Part shown: positions 1 to 11,968 of the stretch, one piece after another
Position numbering within the stretch: position 1 is the stretch's first letter
How the letters are laid out: each line of letters begins with the position of its first letter
From: Candidatus Latescibacterota bacterium
Lineage (GTDB): Bacteria > Latescibacterota > UBA2968 > UBA8231
Direction: 5' to 3'
Length of the DNA: 64,000 bases
Assembly (NCBI GenBank): GCA_965197905.1
Contig: CBDAOB010000004.1
Location: forward strand, 704,001-768,000
Translations under genes and position numbers: made by a program
The notes under the pieces: model-generated
Seen by the model: only the letters and a program-made list of their open reading frames with translations
What the model was told of the DNA's origin: nothing
Database searches by the model: none

Positions 1-237
1 GTTGTGGGATCCGGGGGCGACGCATTCGAGCAGATTTCCGAGGACGGTTTCCAGGATGTCGCGGTTCACGAATCCCCGTCCGGACGGCTGCGAAAGGATC
101 TGCGGGTCTATGGGGTCGATGCGCAGGGCGTCCAACTCTTCAGCGGTGAAGATCGGTTGCACGCGCGCCATTACATCCGCGAGAAGCTCCTTCTTGCTTC
201 TCTCGTAGCTCGTGTCGAACAGCGTTGCCGTGCTCAT
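1..237 (-). CDS. N-terminal part of a gene running off the window (MSTATLFDTSYERSKKELL...); function uncertain, possibly an acyltransferase
   Basis: ATG at 237 on the minus strand, frame open to the window edge, divergent from prpD. Not in the ORF track. Confidence 0.5.
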   Translation of the reverse strand, partial: MSTATLFDTSYERSKKELLADVMARVQPIFTAEELDALRIDPIDPQILSQPSGRGFVNRDILETVLGNLLECVAPGSHN

Positions 238-376
238 TCTCTGTTGCCTTTGGTCCGATTTTGAGGGCGGGGTACCGGCGCCTATCTTGTCCCACAATAT
301 ATGGGCTGGCAGTGCAGGCACAACAATCCGAAGCCCCTATGAAACGGACATTCACCCGAGCCTTGGGCCAACAGAT

Positions 377-1891
377 ATGAAGCAATTGACCGTACAAACG
401 CATCCGGACGGTGAGGTCTTGCCGAAAGAGGAGCAATTGGCCTGGCACATAGCCGCCATGGCCGGCGCCAACTACGGGGCGGACGATGATGTGCTGGAGA
501 TGATCGGCAATCGGGTCATCGACAATGCCGCCGTGGCCATGGCCGCGCTCAACCGGGACGCCGTCCGGCACGCGCGGCAGCTGGCCTTGGGTTATCCCCA
601 TCTTGAGCGGCGAGGCGCCACTCTATTCGGATTGCCGCCCGAGCGCACCTTTCACTGCGAGTGGGCCGCCCTAGCCAACGGCGTGGCGGTTCGCGAGCTG
701 GACATGCACGACTGTTATTTGGCCGCTGACTATTCTCACCCGGGGGATACGATTCCGGCGATTCTCGCGGTGGCCCAACAAACCGGATGCAGCGGCCGCG
801 ACCTCGCGTTGGGTGTGTTGACGGCCTACGAAACCCAGATATCACTGGTGACTGGAATCTGTCTGCATCAGCACAAGATCGACCATGTCGCCCACCTGGC
901 GCCGGCAGTGGCCGCCGGCATCGGCACCCTGTTGCGGCTTGAGGTCGACGAGATCTATCAGGCGATCAATCAGAGTGTTCACCTTGCCTGTTCCACGCGT
1001 CAGTCGCGCAAAGGGGACATCACTAGCTGGAAAGCGTATGCGCCGGCGCAGGCGGCAAAGACGGCGGTGGAGGCCGTTGCTCGAGCGCGTCTGGGAGAAC
1101 GCTCCCCGGCCCCTATCTACGAAGGACGGGATGCAGTGCTCGCCTGGCTCCTGGGGGGACCTGAGACTCAATATGAATTGCAAGTGCCCGATCCGGGGGA
1201 GTCGATGCGCGCCATCATGCGCTCCTATACCAAGGAGCATTCAGCGGAATATCAGGCGCAGGCACTGGTGGACATCGGCAAGCGGTTGAAGGCGCGGGGG
1301 ATCGACGTCGAAAATGTCGAGGAGGTTGTGATTCGCACCAGTCACCATACCCACAACGTGATCGGAACGGGAGCCAACGATCCGCAGAAATTCGACCCCG
1401 ACGCCTCCCGCGAAACCCTTGATCACAGCGCCATGTACATCCTTGCGGTCGCCTGGGAAGACGGCAGCTGGCATCACCTACACAGCTATGCACCCGAGCG
1501 AGCCAAGCGGGCAGCCACCGTTCGTCTGTGGCGCAAGATCCGCACCGAAGAGGATGAACGATGGACCCGGGCGTACCACGATCCGGATCCGGCGAGGAAG
1601 ATGTTCGGAGCGGAGGTTGAGGTGCGTTTCAGAGATGGCAGCTCGATGCGGGAATCCCTGGAAAACCCCGATGCCCACTATCTCGGGTCCAGGCCGTTTG
1701 AGCGCCACGACTATGTCGGAAAATTGCGAACACTGTGCGAGGGAACGGTTGAACCCGGGGAACAGAGGCGTTTCGTCGAGCTTGTTGAGGCGTTACCCGA
1801 GCTCGAGCCGCGCCGGGTTGCCGCCCTCAATCTCGAGGCCATGCCCGAAAAGCTGCTCGAGTCGACCAGCGATCGGGTGGGACTGTTCTAA
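377..1891 (+). CDS. prpD: MmgE/PrpD family 2-methylcitrate dehydratase
   Basis: Motifs NGVAVRELDMHDCYLAADYSHPGD, KEHSAEYQAQA and SRETLDHS. ATG at 377 preferred over the ORF-track start at 212. Confidence 0.9.
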   Translation: MKQLTVQTHPDGEVLPKEEQLAWHIAAMAGANYGADDDVLEMIGNRVIDNAAVAMAALNRDAVRHARQLALGYPHLERRGATLFGLPPERTFHCEWAALANGVAVRELDMHDCYLAADYSHPGDTIPAILAVAQQTGCSGRDLALGVLTAYETQISLVTGICLHQHKIDHVAHLAPAVAAGIGTLLRLEVDEIYQAINQSVHLACSTRQSRKGDITSWKAYAPAQAAKTAVEAVARARLGERSPAPIYEGRDAVLAWLLGGPETQYELQVPDPGESMRAIMRSYTKEHSAEYQAQALVDIGKRLKARGIDVENVEEVVIRTSHHTHNVIGTGANDPQKFDPDASRETLDHSAMYILAVAWEDGSWHHLHSYAPERAKRAATVRLWRKIRTEEDERWTRAYHDPDPARKMFGAEVEVRFRDGSSMRESLENPDAHYLGSRPFERHDYVGKLRTLCEGTVEPGEQRRFVELVEALPELEPRRVAALNLEAMPEKLLESTSDRVGLF

Positions 1892-1897
1892 GGTGAC

Positions 1898-2686
1898 CTA
1901 CCAGGATAGCTTCGACGAAAGATTGTGGAAGAAGTAGTTGTCTTCGAAGTAGATCAAGTTGGCGGTCCGCGCGGCTTGATTGATGTGTATCTCTTGCCCG
2001 GGCTCCAAGCTACAGATCTGGGATCCGTCGATGATCAGATAAACGTCGGGCGCTTTGGTCTCCTCGCTGATCTGCAGGCGAATGCGAGATTCCGGAGTGA
2101 GGATCAGCGCCCGCGAAGTGAAGTTGTGCTCGTTGATGCCGTCCAGGATCATACAGCGCACATCCGGCATGACGATCGGTGCCCCGGTCGACAGCAGGAA
2201 AGCGGTGCTTCCCGTCGGTGTACCGACGACGACACCATCGCCCCTGATGGTGCGAATCTCGGTGTCGTTTACATATACGTCTATGAAAACGAGCCGGCTC
2301 AGAGCTCGGAGCTCTATCTCGTTTATGGCCTGGTCGCGGGTACCGGCGTACTCGCAATTCAATACGAGCCGCTCGCTGGTGAGATACTCGCCGGCCATCA
2401 CCCGCTCGACGATCCGCTTGAGATCGCTGCGGTCACCTGCCGTGAGAAAACCGACGGTTCCGAAGTTTATGGCAAGTACGGGACAGTCCGGAAAGCGGTC
2501 CAGGGCGCGGAGCACGGTTCCGTCTCCCCCCATCGCCATAACCAGATCCAAACCGGGTACGTCGGTGCGCTGATCCAGAAGAACCGCCTCGACGTCGTGT
2601 CGGGCGAATTCGCCTTTTAGCTCGTCGCTAGGAAAGGGCTGCTCTTCGTCCCGGACGAGAATTCCGACTTTGTTGAACCTGGCCAT
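1898..2686 (-). CDS. nadK: NAD(+) kinase
   Basis: GGDGT, GxxGFL, NE and TPTGSTA motifs. Confidence 0.92.
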   Translation of the reverse strand: MARFNKVGILVRDEEQPFPSDELKGEFARHDVEAVLLDQRTDVPGLDLVMAMGGDGTVLRALDRFPDCPVLAINFGTVGFLTAGDRSDLKRIVERVMAGEYLTSERLVLNCEYAGTRDQAINEIELRALSRLVFIDVYVNDTEIRTIRGDGVVVGTPTGSTAFLLSTGAPIVMPDVRCMILDGINEHNFTSRALILTPESRIRLQISEETKAPDVYLIIDGSQICSLEPGQEIHINQAARTANLIYFEDNYFFHNLSSKLSW

Positions 2687-2731
2687 AGACTTGGTACGAC
2701 AATCCGCCAGCGATCGATGCGCCGGACGCGA

Positions 2732-3640
2732 TTAGTTGCGGGCCTCTTTGTCGGCCTGTCTCTCGTACGCTTTGATCAGCGCTTGCGTACCTTCATCGCC
2801 GCAACCGGCACGCTGGACGATGTTGAACAGCTGATGAGCAATACTGACACCGGGCAAAGCCAGCTGAACGTCGTTTGCTGCTCCCAGCACCAGCTTCAGA
2901 TCTTTCTGTTGCAATCTGACCATGAACCCCGGCGCAAAGTCGTTGTCCAAAATCCGCGAGCCGAGATTCGTCAGCTGCCAGGAACCAGCAGCGCCGCCGC
3001 TGATGGCCTCGACTACCTTGCCCACATCCAGATCGGAAGCGGCGGCCAGCATCAGGGCTTCAGCCATTCCCATATTGTTCACCGCAACGGAGATCTGGTT
3101 GCACAATTTGGTCGTCTGTCCGGCGCCGTTGCCGCCGATGAGGTTGATGTTTTTGCCCATCGCCTCGAAAACCGGCAGACATTCGTCGAAGGTCGCCTGG
3201 TCACCGCCAACCATTATGGAGAGGGTGCCGTTTATGGCGCCCACGTCGCCACCGCTAACCGGCGCGTCCAGCATCGACACGCCCCGTTCGCCTAAGGCTG
3301 CGGCGATTTCCTGAGTCACGCGAGGCGAGATGGTGCTCATGTCGATGACCGTCGCCCCTTTGCGAACGCCGTGAATTACTCCGTCGTCACCCATAATCAC
3401 CGCCTGCACGTCGGGCGAGTCTGTGACCATGGTTATCACCACGTCGGCCCCCTCTGCGGCTTTCTTCGGGGTTGCCACGCGTGTGGCGCCAGCGGTGACG
3501 ACTTCGTCAACTTCCGGTTTGTCGCTGCGGTTGTAAGCAACTAGGTCGAAACCTGCTTTCATCAAATTTTTGGACATGGGCACGCCCATGATGCCCAGTC
3601 CTACAAAAGCTACCTTTGTGTCTCCCGGTTTTGCCGGCAT
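2732..3640 (-). CDS. NAD(P)-dependent beta-hydroxyacid dehydrogenase (2-hydroxy-3-oxopropionate reductase family)
   Basis: FVGLGIMG, DAPVSGG and KLCNQ motifs. ATG at 3640 preceded by AGGAG. Confidence 0.88.
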   Translation of the reverse strand: MPAKPGDTKVAFVGLGIMGVPMSKNLMKAGFDLVAYNRSDKPEVDEVVTAGATRVATPKKAAEGADVVITMVTDSPDVQAVIMGDDGVIHGVRKGATVIDMSTISPRVTQEIAAALGERGVSMLDAPVSGGDVGAINGTLSIMVGGDQATFDECLPVFEAMGKNINLIGGNGAGQTTKLCNQISVAVNNMGMAEALMLAAASDLDVGKVVEAISGGAAGSWQLTNLGSRILDNDFAPGFMVRLQQKDLKLVLGAANDVQLALPGVSIAHQLFNIVQRAGCGDEGTQALIKAYERQADKEARN

Positions 3641-3678
3641 GTCCGTTTCTCCTGTAGAATGTCGGGTGTCTGCGACGA

Positions 3679-5490
3679 TCAAAAAGCAAAGAAGAAGTGG
3701 CGATTGTCTTCGATGTTCGCCGTTGCGTACATCTGTGCGTACCACGTCTGTAACGCTTCGGTCTGACGCTGCTGCAACAGTTGCTGTGCCAACTGCTCAC
3801 GATTTTCATCGAAGGCGGCTTCGTCCACCGAGGTCTTTTCCACCACGCGAATCAGATACGCCCCCCGCGGCATCACTACGACTTCGCTGACATCCCCCTT
3901 TTTCAAGCGGAAAGCGGCGCCGACGAAAGCGTTGCCCTGACCGATTCCAGGTACGGATTCGGTCCGCGAAAACGGGTCTGTAGTGCGAACCTCGAGATCG
4001 GCGGCCTGGGCGGCAGCTTCGAAGGTAGCTCCCTGCTCGATCTGTGTGCGAATAGCCTCGAGCCGCTGTCCCGCCAGTTCCGACTTCTTCTCATTGCTCA
4101 ATTTGCGGGAGATCGCCTCGCGGACCTCTTCCAGCGGTATCACCCCCTTGGCTCGCCGATCCGTCAGATGGGCGATCCAGAAATACTCATCTTGTTCCAG
4201 CACGTTGCTCACGGTGCCAATCTCGGAATCGAGAAAGAGATTGACGATCCATGACGTGCCGACGCCGAGGCGGGGGACGGGGCTGTCTTTGGCGATAAAT
4301 CCGCTGTCGTTGGGCTGCATGCCCGCCGCGCCCACGGCGGACTCGAAACTTTCCCGCTGGGCGCGATCGCGAAATTCCTCGGCCCAGGAGAAGATCTCCT
4401 CCTGCGTTTGCCTGGAGGCTTTCAATCGCAGCAGGATATGCCGAGCCCTGACTTCCTCCTTGCCATCCTCGTTCAGACGCTCCTCCACCTTGATGAGGTG
4501 CCAGCCAAAGGGCGTGTTCACCGGCTCCGAAACTTGACCGGGCTCTAGCGCGAACGCTACGTCTTCGAACGGGGCCACCATGCGGCCGCGTCCAAAGGTG
4601 CCCAAGTCACCTCCGTTTTCTGCGGTGCCTTGGTCCTCCGAAACCGCGCGGGCCAACTCCTCGAAATCGGCACCCGATTCGATCTCGGACCGAAGATTGG
4701 TGATCTCCTCGTAGACGCCGAGGGAGTCCTTGGTATTTGGAACCTTTTGGAAAACCACGAATGACATGCGAACTTGATCGGGGTGGCGGTACTCTTCCCG
4801 GGTTTCCTCGTAGCGAGCCTGCACCTCGCCGTCGTTTACCTGAACCTCGTTGTCGCTTACCGTGGCATTGGGGACAAACAGGTATTCGGCGTCGATTTTT
4901 TGGTTTTGAGTTTCAAAATAGTGGCGAATCTCGGGCGGACTCACCTGCACCGTCTCGGTCAATAACCGCTGCAGCTTATAGCTTAGCCACTGTTGCCTCA
5001 CCTGTTCCTCCAGCTGCATCACGAAGCTCTTGTTGCGAGCGTTGGTGAAGGTCGTCGGGTCGTTGAGAAAGTGGCTGTATTTCGCCGGATCGAAATCGCC
5101 GTCGGTTTGGAAAACTTCGAGGCCCTGCACCACCGGAGGTGGTTGACTGCGCGTGATGAGCGCGATCTCTTTGTCCGAAACGGCTATTCCAAGCTTTTCG
5201 ATCTGCTGACTCAGCAGAACGCTGCTGACGGTTTCTCCCCAGATTTCCCGCACCAGCGCTCCTTGATCGACCGGCTGATCGTCGGGTTGTTGTCGAGCCG
5301 TGTTGCGCAGGACCTGCTGGAACAGCTTCAGGCCGATCTTCTCCCCATTGATGACCCCGACCGCGTCACCGCTGCGGCTGCCGCCGCTGCCCGAGAAATC
5401 CGCTCCCCACTCGACGATGATGAGGCCGACAAAGGCGAAGATTACTATGCAAATTACGATTCCGGTTCTCTCCCGGAGTTTTGTCATCAT
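3679..5490 (-). CDS. PpiD-like parvulin peptidyl-prolyl isomerase with SurA N-terminal domain
   Basis: N-terminal TM segment, GGDLGxF and [10 protein letters not shown] parvulin motifs. Confidence 0.88.
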   Translation of the reverse strand: MMTKLRERTGIVICIVIFAFVGLIIVEWGADFSGSGGSRSGDAVGVINGEKIGLKLFQQVLRNTARQQPDDQPVDQGALVREIWGETVSSVLLSQQIEKLGIAVSDKEIALITRSQPPPVVQGLEVFQTDGDFDPAKYSHFLNDPTTFTNARNKSFVMQLEEQVRQQWLSYKLQRLLTETVQVSPPEIRHYFETQNQKIDAEYLFVPNATVSDNEVQVNDGEVQARYEETREEYRHPDQVRMSFVVFQKVPNTKDSLGVYEEITNLRSEIESGADFEELARAVSEDQGTAENGGDLGTFGRGRMVAPFEDVAFALEPGQVSEPVNTPFGWHLIKVEERLNEDGKEEVRARHILLRLKASRQTQEEIFSWAEEFRDRAQRESFESAVGAAGMQPNDSGFIAKDSPVPRLGVGTSWIVNLFLDSEIGTVSNVLEQDEYFWIAHLTDRRAKGVIPLEEVREAISRKLSNEKKSELAGQRLEAIRTQIEQGATFEAAAQAADLEVRTTDPFSRTESVPGIGQGNAFVGAAFRLKKGDVSEVVVMPRGAYLIRVVEKTSVDEAAFDENREQLAQQLLQQRQTEALQTWYAQMYATANIEDNRHFFFAF

Positions 5491-6530
5491 GGGGTTGTGT
5501 TCTCCTGTTCGTCTTCATTGCCTGCCGTCGAGATTCCCATCGCCGCCTTGCGTTCGGCTGGATAGCGCATGAGGCACGCCACCCTGTGACCCTCCTCGAT
5601 CTCCAACAGCTCTGGAACAATCCGACTGCACACGTCCTGGCGTTCTGGGCAGCGCGTGTGGAATGGACAACCGGAGGGCGCATCGGCAGGGTTGGGCACG
5701 TCCCCCTCTAGAACCACACGTTGCTTCTTGCCTCCGGGGTCTGGCACGGGGACGGCGGAGAGCAGAGCTTGGGTGTACGGGTGAGAAGGATTGGTGTAGA
5801 GGGTGCTGCGCTCGGTCAACTCCACGATCTTGCCCAGGTACATAACTGCAACCCGGTCGCATATGTGCCGTACGACACTGAGATCGTGGGCGATAAACAG
5901 GTATGACAGACCCAGCTCTTTTTGCAGATCCTGCAGCAGATTGATGATCTGGGCTTGGATGGAGACATCCAACGCCGACACCGGTTCGTCCGCGACGATA
6001 AACTGCGGCTCCACCGCGAGCGCGCGCGCGATGCCGATGCGCTGGCGCTGGCCGCCGCTGAATTCGTGCGGATAGCGGCGCGCGTAGTTGGCGGGCAGAC
6101 CGACCATCCCGAGCAGCTCGCCTACACGTTCGGTCAACGCGCGTCCCTTGGCGAGACGGTGTATCTTCAGTGCTTCGCCGATAATGGCGCCCACCGTCAT
6201 ACGCGGGTTCAGCGAGCTGTACGGGTCCTGGAAGATGATCTGCATTTGACGACGACGCGCCCGCATCGCTTTGGCGTCCAAGCGCAGAATGTCCTGGCCT
6301 TCGTACAGGACCTCGCCGTCGGTTGCTTGGACAAGGCGAAGCAGTAGACGACCTAGCGTCGTCTTGCCGCAGCCACTCTCCCCCACCACACCGAGAGTCT
6401 CGCCCGAGTGGAGCTCGAAAGAGACCCCGTCGACCGCCTTCACGTGCCCCTGCACCCGACTCCACAGGCCAGTGCGGATGGGGAAGTACTTCTTCAGGTT
6501 CCTGGTTTGCAGCAAAGGTTGTTCGCTCAT
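5487..6530 (-). CDS. oppF: Oligopeptide ABC transporter ATP-binding protein (OppF/DppF type)
   Basis: [24 protein letters not shown] and C-terminal GCPFHTRCP. Confidence 0.9.
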   Translation of the reverse strand: MSEQPLLQTRNLKKYFPIRTGLWSRVQGHVKAVDGVSFELHSGETLGVVGESGCGKTTLGRLLLRLVQATDGEVLYEGQDILRLDAKAMRARRRQMQIIFQDPYSSLNPRMTVGAIIGEALKIHRLAKGRALTERVGELLGMVGLPANYARRYPHEFSGGQRQRIGIARALAVEPQFIVADEPVSALDVSIQAQIINLLQDLQKELGLSYLFIAHDLSVVRHICDRVAVMYLGKIVELTERSTLYTNPSHPYTQALLSAVPVPDPGGKKQRVVLEGDVPNPADAPSGCPFHTRCPERQDVCSRIVPELLEIEEGHRVACLMRYPAERKAAMGISTAGNEDEQENTTP

Positions 6531-7522
6531 TTCACTACCGGTGCGGATTCAGCCTTCCAGCAACTCGCCAGATGGCCGGGGGTAACGGACTCCAGCGACG
6601 GCTCCTCGACGCGACATTTGTCGTCGGCCAGGGGGCAGCGCGGACTGAAACGGCACCCTTGAGGGAAGGATGTTGCATCGGGGACCATGCCGGGGATGAT
6701 CTCCAGGCGATCGGTCTGGGTATCGAGCCGTGGAATCGAAGCCATGAGCCCGCGGGTGTACGGATGGGCTGGAGCTTTGAACAGGGCTGCGGTCTCTGCG
6801 TGTTCGACAATCTTGCCCGCGTACATGACGGCGACCCGAGCGGCTGTTTCGGCGATAACCCCCAGATCGTGGGTGATCAAGAGAATCGCCATCTGCAGCT
6901 CCTCCTGCAATCGCTTCAGAAGTTCGAGGATCTGGGCTTGGATCGTCACGTCCAGCGCGGTGGTGGGCTCGTCAGCTATCAGCAGGTCGGGGTTGCACGA
7001 CAGCGCCATGGCGATCATTACCCGTTGGCGCATCCCACCGCTCAACTGATGAGGATAATCGTCGATGCGCTGCTCCGGTGCCGGGATGCCTACGAGACGG
7101 AGCATATCGATAGCCCGCAGGCGCGCCTCTTTTTTGCCGACACCCTGGTGCAGTACCACGGCTTCCATGATCTGATATCCGCAGGTCAGTACGGGGTTGA
7201 GGCTGGTCATCGGCTCCTGGAATATCATCGCGATATCGTCGCCGCGAATATCGCACATCTGGCGTTCGGAAAGATCGAGCAGATTCTGGCCGTTCATCAC
7301 GATGCGCCCGGACTCGATACGCCCCGGGGGCTCGGCCACCAATCGCATGATGGAAAGAGCGCTGACGCTCTTGCCGCAACCGCTTTCGCCGACCAGGCCC
7401 AGGGTTTCACCCCGCCGCAGATCGAAAGAAACGCCGTCGACGGCGCGCCCGACCCCTTCATCGGTATAGAAGTAGGTCTTTAGGTCGCTGACCTCTAGCA
7501 GGGTATCCGCAGTCTCAGGCAT
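6527..7522 (-). CDS. oppD: Oligopeptide ABC transporter ATP-binding protein (OppD/DppD type)
   Basis: [24 protein letters not shown] and GCRFSPRC. Confidence 0.9.
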   Translation of the reverse strand: MPETADTLLEVSDLKTYFYTDEGVGRAVDGVSFDLRRGETLGLVGESGCGKSVSALSIMRLVAEPPGRIESGRIVMNGQNLLDLSERQMCDIRGDDIAMIFQEPMTSLNPVLTCGYQIMEAVVLHQGVGKKEARLRAIDMLRLVGIPAPEQRIDDYPHQLSGGMRQRVMIAMALSCNPDLLIADEPTTALDVTIQAQILELLKRLQEELQMAILLITHDLGVIAETAARVAVMYAGKIVEHAETAALFKAPAHPYTRGLMASIPRLDTQTDRLEIIPGMVPDATSFPQGCRFSPRCPLADDKCRVEEPSLESVTPGHLASCWKAESAPVVK

Positions 7523-8387
7523 GGGTGAGTTCTTCGGAGAATGATGCTGCGGAGCGGTTCCATTTACCTTCGAAAGTCCAGGTGGGGTTATCGTACTTGG
7601 AGTGTAGAAGAAGAGAAACTCGCTCCGACTGGTCGGCGCTGAGATCGGCCTCGTCGATCTCGACGGAGAGTACCTCGCGGAACCCCTCCAGTATTCGGGT
7701 CTTCAGGTCAGCGGGTGACCAGGATTCGAGACAGGCGCTCAAATGTGTGCTTCCCAGCTGCAATTCCGAAAGATACGCTTCGCGCACCGCCACATCTCCT
7801 TCGGGCATGAGCTCCAACAGCCTTTCGTGACGCGGATCGAGGAGCAGGGAGCCGTGCTGCAGCACCGCGCTCTTGAGGCGTCGTTGCGCGCTGCCTATCA
7901 GCTTGCGTCCCCTGCACTTTACCTCCCACCGTGAGATGCTCGAAAAACACGGCCGGCTGGTATCTGTCGCCTGCCGGTCGGTACGGCGCGCGGCGGCCCG
8001 TTCCAACACGGCCTCCACCCCAAGGATGCGAAGTCCTCGCACCAGGCAACAACCGATAGCATGGTAGACCTCCCCTACATCCTCTCCCACCTCGCCGGCG
8101 GCCGTGGCGCAGACGACACTGTAGGTGAGTTCTCCCCAGTGCAAGACGGCGCGTCCTCCCGTGGGGCGGCGCACGATGTCAACGCCCATCTGCCGGCATT
8201 TTTCGACGTCCAGCTCGCGTTCTAATTTCTGGCCGAAACCGAGGGTTACGGTGGGCGGATTCCAACCGAAAAGCCGCAAGTATGGTCCGCCGCCGCGGTT
8301 GGCACATTCGTCCAGCAACACCTCGTCCACAGCCATATTGTACGCACCCCGGGCGACACCCGTATCAATGAACGACCAGGTCGTCAT
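7515..8387 (-). CDS. Lipoate-protein ligase / LipM-like octanoyltransferase
   Basis: [24 protein letters not shown] and LQHGS motifs. Confidence 0.88.
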   Translation of the reverse strand: MTTWSFIDTGVARGAYNMAVDEVLLDECANRGGGPYLRLFGWNPPTVTLGFGQKLERELDVEKCRQMGVDIVRRPTGGRAVLHWGELTYSVVCATAAGEVGEDVGEVYHAIGCCLVRGLRILGVEAVLERAAARRTDRQATDTSRPCFSSISRWEVKCRGRKLIGSAQRRLKSAVLQHGSLLLDPRHERLLELMPEGDVAVREAYLSELQLGSTHLSACLESWSPADLKTRILEGFREVLSVEIDEADLSADQSERVSLLLHSKYDNPTWTFEGKWNRSAASFSEELTHA

Positions 8388-9139
8388 CAGAGCGCTCCGA
8401 GCCGCTTGAGAGCGTCACGGGCGGCCATCTGCTGTGCTTCTTTCTTGCTGCGCCCCCGACCGCTACCCAGTTTTTCGCTGGTTATGCTGACTTCGACGCT
8501 AAAAATCTTGTCGTGGTCGGGCCCTTCTTCGGCATGCACGAAGTACCTTGGATGCCCCGCTCCCTCCCGCTGAGTATGCTCCAGGAGCTTGCTTTTGAAG
8601 TTCACGTAATCGTCGCGGCTGATCAGCTCCTGGAAGTCGTCCAGGACCCGTTCTTCCGCGAACCGGCGAACCACGTGTAGCCCGCCATCGAGATACATCG
8701 CTCCCACGACCGCTTCGAACGTGTCACAGAGGATCGAAGGCTGCTCGTGTCCGCCGGCATTCCGTTCCTCGGCGCTCAATAGAACAAACCGTCCGAGATC
8801 CATGCGCCTGGCTTTGGCCGCCAGGGTTCCCCGGCTGACGATTAGTGATTTCAGCTGTGTCAGGTGGCCTTCCCGCTTGTCCTCGAACTCCCGAAACAGG
8901 AATTCCGCGATTATCAGGTCGAGCACGGCGTCACCGAGATATTCGAGGCGCTCGTTGGAATCGATGCCGTGCCCCTGCCGAGCGTAGACGTAGGATCGAT
9001 GTTTGAGGGCGTGTACCAGCAGTTGGGTATTCTTGAATCGATAGCCGATTCGCTGCTGGAGTTGGCGCAGGTCACTCTGGGGGAGTTCGTCCTCCCACGA
9101 ACTGCGCCATCGGCGTGTCAGGGCTGCGATCCATCCCAT
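8387..9139 (-). CDS. rnc: Ribonuclease III
   Basis: NERLEYLGDAVL signature and C-terminal dsRBD (GPDHDKIF, SKKEAQQ). Confidence 0.95.
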   Translation of the reverse strand: MGWIAALTRRWRSSWEDELPQSDLRQLQQRIGYRFKNTQLLVHALKHRSYVYARQGHGIDSNERLEYLGDAVLDLIIAEFLFREFEDKREGHLTQLKSLIVSRGTLAAKARRMDLGRFVLLSAEERNAGGHEQPSILCDTFEAVVGAMYLDGGLHVVRRFAEERVLDDFQELISRDDYVNFKSKLLEHTQREGAGHPRYFVHAEEGPDHDKIFSVEVSITSEKLGSGRGRSKKEAQQMAARDALKRLGAL

Positions 9140-9150
9140 TCGGAGCGATC

Positions 9151-10395
9151 TCAATCTTCGAAACGAGCAAAGGCAAGAGCGGCATTGTGCCCCCCGAAGC
9201 CGAAGGAGTTGTTCAACGCGTACTTGATCTTTTTCTCACGCGCTTGATTGGGAACGTAATCCAGATCGCAGGCAGGGTCAGCCTTTTCCAGGTTTATCGT
9301 TGGGGGCAGCACCCCGCGCTTTAGTGCAAATATGCAGGCAACGCTCTCGATCGCGCCGGCGGCGCCGAGAAGATGGCCGGTGCAGGACTTCGTGGAGCTG
9401 ATCGCCAGTTCCCGTGCCGAACTCCCAAAGGAGGTTTTGATCGCCGTCGTTTCCTCAGGATCACCCAGTGGCGTGGAGGTCCCATGAGCATTGACGTAGT
9501 CAATGTCAAGGTGATCGAGTCCGGCGTCCTTTATCGCCAGATTCATCGCCCGCACGCCGCCCTCTCCCCCCGGAGACATGGCGGTCTGATGGTATGCGTC
9601 GGCGGTAAAACCGAGGCCTAGAAATTCGCCCCAGATTTCGGCGCCGCGAGACCGGGCATGTTCCAACTCCTCTAAAATCAATCCCCCCGCTCCCTCACCC
9701 AGCACGAATCCGTCGCGGTCCGTATCAAACGGCCGGCTGGCGGTCAGCGGATTCTCGTTGTTCTTCGACAGCGCCTGGGCGGAGGTGAAGCCAGCCATCG
9801 AAACTGGTGTCACCGCTGCCTCGGCCCCGCCGGCGACCATAATATCCGCTTCGTCGTACTGGATCTTTCGCGCCGCTTCCCCGATCGCGTGGGCCCCGGA
9901 GGCGCATGCGGAGACGGTGGAGTAGTTGGGTCCTCTCGCGCCCAGCTTCATGGAGACCATGCCCGAGGACATGTCGCTGATCATCATCGGGACCAGGAAG
10001 GGACTGACGCGGTTCGGGCCCTTTTCCATAAGGATGGTATGTTGATCTTCGAGCGCTTTTATGCCACCGATGCCGGAGCCGAATATTACCCCGAAGCGGT
10101 CGGCGTCGATTTTCTGAGCGTCTAACCCGGAATCGTCGAAGGCTTGCCGGGCGACGAAGACGGCGTAGTGGACGAACGGATCGTTGCGCCTGGCTTCCTT
10201 CCGGTCCAGGGCCGGAGTGGGGTCGAAATTCTTTACCTCGCCGGCAATCTTGACGTCGTGGTTGGACGCGTCAAAATGAGTTATTGGACCTATCCCGGAG
10301 CGGCCGTTTGTCAGGGCCTCCCAGAATGCTTCTGGATCGTTGCCGTTGGGTGCAAGCGCCCCAAGGCCGGTAACTACAACTCTCCTCCGCGACAC
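9151..10395 (-). CDS. fabF: 3-oxoacyl-ACP synthase II
   Basis: SACASG, NAHGTST, GHLLGAAG and NSFGFGG. Confidence 0.96.
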   Translation of the reverse strand: MSRRRVVVTGLGALAPNGNDPEAFWEALTNGRSGIGPITHFDASNHDVKIAGEVKNFDPTPALDRKEARRNDPFVHYAVFVARQAFDDSGLDAQKIDADRFGVIFGSGIGGIKALEDQHTILMEKGPNRVSPFLVPMMISDMSSGMVSMKLGARGPNYSTVSACASGAHAIGEAARKIQYDEADIMVAGGAEAAVTPVSMAGFTSAQALSKNNENPLTASRPFDTDRDGFVLGEGAGGLILEELEHARSRGAEIWGEFLGLGFTADAYHQTAMSPGGEGGVRAMNLAIKDAGLDHLDIDYVNAHGTSTPLGDPEETTAIKTSFGSSARELAISSTKSCTGHLLGAAGAIESVACIFALKRGVLPPTINLEKADPACDLDYVPNQAREKKIKYALNNSFGFGGHNAALAFARFED

Positions 10396-10415
10396 GATAT
10401 GGCCTCCCCGACCTC

Positions 10416-10655
10416 CTAGGCCTTGCTGTGTTCTTCGAGGTATTTTACGGCGTCGGTGACGTTGGTCATCTTTTCCGCATCCTCGTCCGGAATATCGATG
10501 CCGAACTCCTCTTCAAACGCCATTACCAGTTCGACGGTGTCGAGAGAGTCGGCGCCCAGGTCATCTATAAAAGACGCGGCGTCGGTCACCTGCTCCTGGC
10601 TAACACCGAGTTGCTCGACGATCAGATCTCGGACACGCTGGTCAATCGCTGACAT
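10416..10655 (-). CDS. acpP: Acyl carrier protein
   Basis: [22 protein letters not shown] at 10655. Confidence 0.97.
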   Translation of the reverse strand: MSAIDQRVRDLIVEQLGVSQEQVTDAASFIDDLGADSLDTVELVMAFEEEFGIDIPDEDAEKMTNVTDAVKYLEEHSKA

Positions 10656-10731
10656 AACAACCCCCTTTTCAGTGGATTTGATATGGGATAGAATGTGGTG
10701 GATGAATTCAGTTTCACGCTCTGTTTGATGG

Positions 10732-11196
10732 CTAGCTGGCGGTGGTTGAGCCGTCCCCCAGGACCGCCAATATCTCGGCCTGCGCCGCCACCTCCTCGCC
10801 GACGAATGCTTTGCCATCCAACTTGCACGAGACTCCCCTCCGCCGCAAGACGTTTAGCTCGAGACGCAGCTGATCGCCGGGTACCACCGGCCGACGAAAC
10901 TTGGCATGGTCAATTCCCGCAAGGAAAGGAACTTTTCCGCTCGAATCCTCCATCGACTTCAGCATCATGGCTGCCCCGGCTTGCGCCATCGCTTCCACAA
11001 TCAAAACCCCAGGCATTACGGCAAAGTCGGGAAAGTGGCCTTGAAAGAAAGGCTCATTGACCGTCACGTTTTTGATACCGACAATCCTCTCCCCAGGAAC
11101 CAGTTCAACGATCCGGTCGAGCAAGAGAAACGGATACCGGTGGGGCAGAACCTTTTTGATCGCCTCTATGTCCAACTCCACCTTGACCGCGCCCAT
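10732..11196 (-). CDS. fabZ: 3-hydroxyacyl-ACP dehydratase
   Basis: [16 protein letters not shown] and [12 protein letters not shown]. Confidence 0.96.
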   Translation of the reverse strand: MGAVKVELDIEAIKKVLPHRYPFLLLDRIVELVPGERIVGIKNVTVNEPFFQGHFPDFAVMPGVLIVEAMAQAGAAMMLKSMEDSSGKVPFLAGIDHAKFRRPVVPGDQLRLELNVLRRRGVSCKLDGKAFVGEEVAAQAEILAVLGDGSTTAS

Positions 11197-11933
11197 CAGG
11201 TCGCCATCCCCCCATCTACCTGCAGTACCTGCCCGGTTATGTAAGACGCCCGATCGGACGCGAGAAACGACACGGCCTGGGCTACTTCCTCCACCAATCC
11301 AGGTCTCCCCATGGGAACCTGGCTCAGCATGGCACTTCGAGCCGCATCGGTGAGGGAAGCGGTCATCTCCGTCTCAATAAGGCCGGGTGCCACCGCGTTG
11401 ACCGTTATGTTCCTCGTTGCCAGTTCCCGGGCCATCGATTTGGTAAATCCGATCAGCCCTGCCTTCGAAGCGGCGTAGTTGGCCTGTCCCGCGTTGCCGC
11501 CGATGCCGACGACCGAGGAGATGGCGATGATGCGCCCGGACTTCGCTTTCATCATGGGTCGGACCGCTGCTTTAGTGCAATTGAAAGCACCTTTCAGATT
11601 GGTTGCGAGCACCGCATCCCAGTCCTCTTCTGACATGCGCAAGAGCAGATTGTCCCGCGCAATGCCGGCGTTGCTCACCAGAATATCGAGCCTGCCGAAG
11701 CGCTCGAGAGTCTGATCGACAGCCCCTTTAACCGCATCGAAATCTTCCACGTCCGCCGCTAGCGGGAGCGTCTCTCCCGGCATCTCCTTCGCCGCAGACT
11801 GGGCTCCCTCCATTCTGGTGCTGAGGACGGCAACGCGCGCCTCGTGGCGCGAGAATTCCGTGCATATTGCGCGCCCGATTCCGCGGCTGCCGCCGGTGAC
11901 CAGAGCTACCTTGTCAGCTAATATTCCCGTCAT
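11196..11933 (-). CDS. fabG: 3-oxoacyl-ACP reductase
   Basis: [12 protein letters not shown] and YAASK; position in fab operon. Confidence 0.95.
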   Translation of the reverse strand: MTGILADKVALVTGGSRGIGRAICTEFSRHEARVAVLSTRMEGAQSAAKEMPGETLPLAADVEDFDAVKGAVDQTLERFGRLDILVSNAGIARDNLLLRMSEEDWDAVLATNLKGAFNCTKAAVRPMMKAKSGRIIAISSVVGIGGNAGQANYAASKAGLIGFTKSMARELATRNITVNAVAPGLIETEMTASLTDAARSAMLSQVPMGRPGLVEEVAQAVSFLASDRASYITGQVLQVDGGMAT

Positions 11934-11968
11934 CTGCGCTCACGGGTTGAGTCGGCTCATCAACGGAG

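Noticed and set aside
6323..7483. Long plus-strand ORFs opposite oppD/oppF, and similar ones such as 61083..62189 and 27025..28101
   Set aside because: These are antisense shadow ORFs typical of GC-rich coding DNA and have no recognisable motifs.
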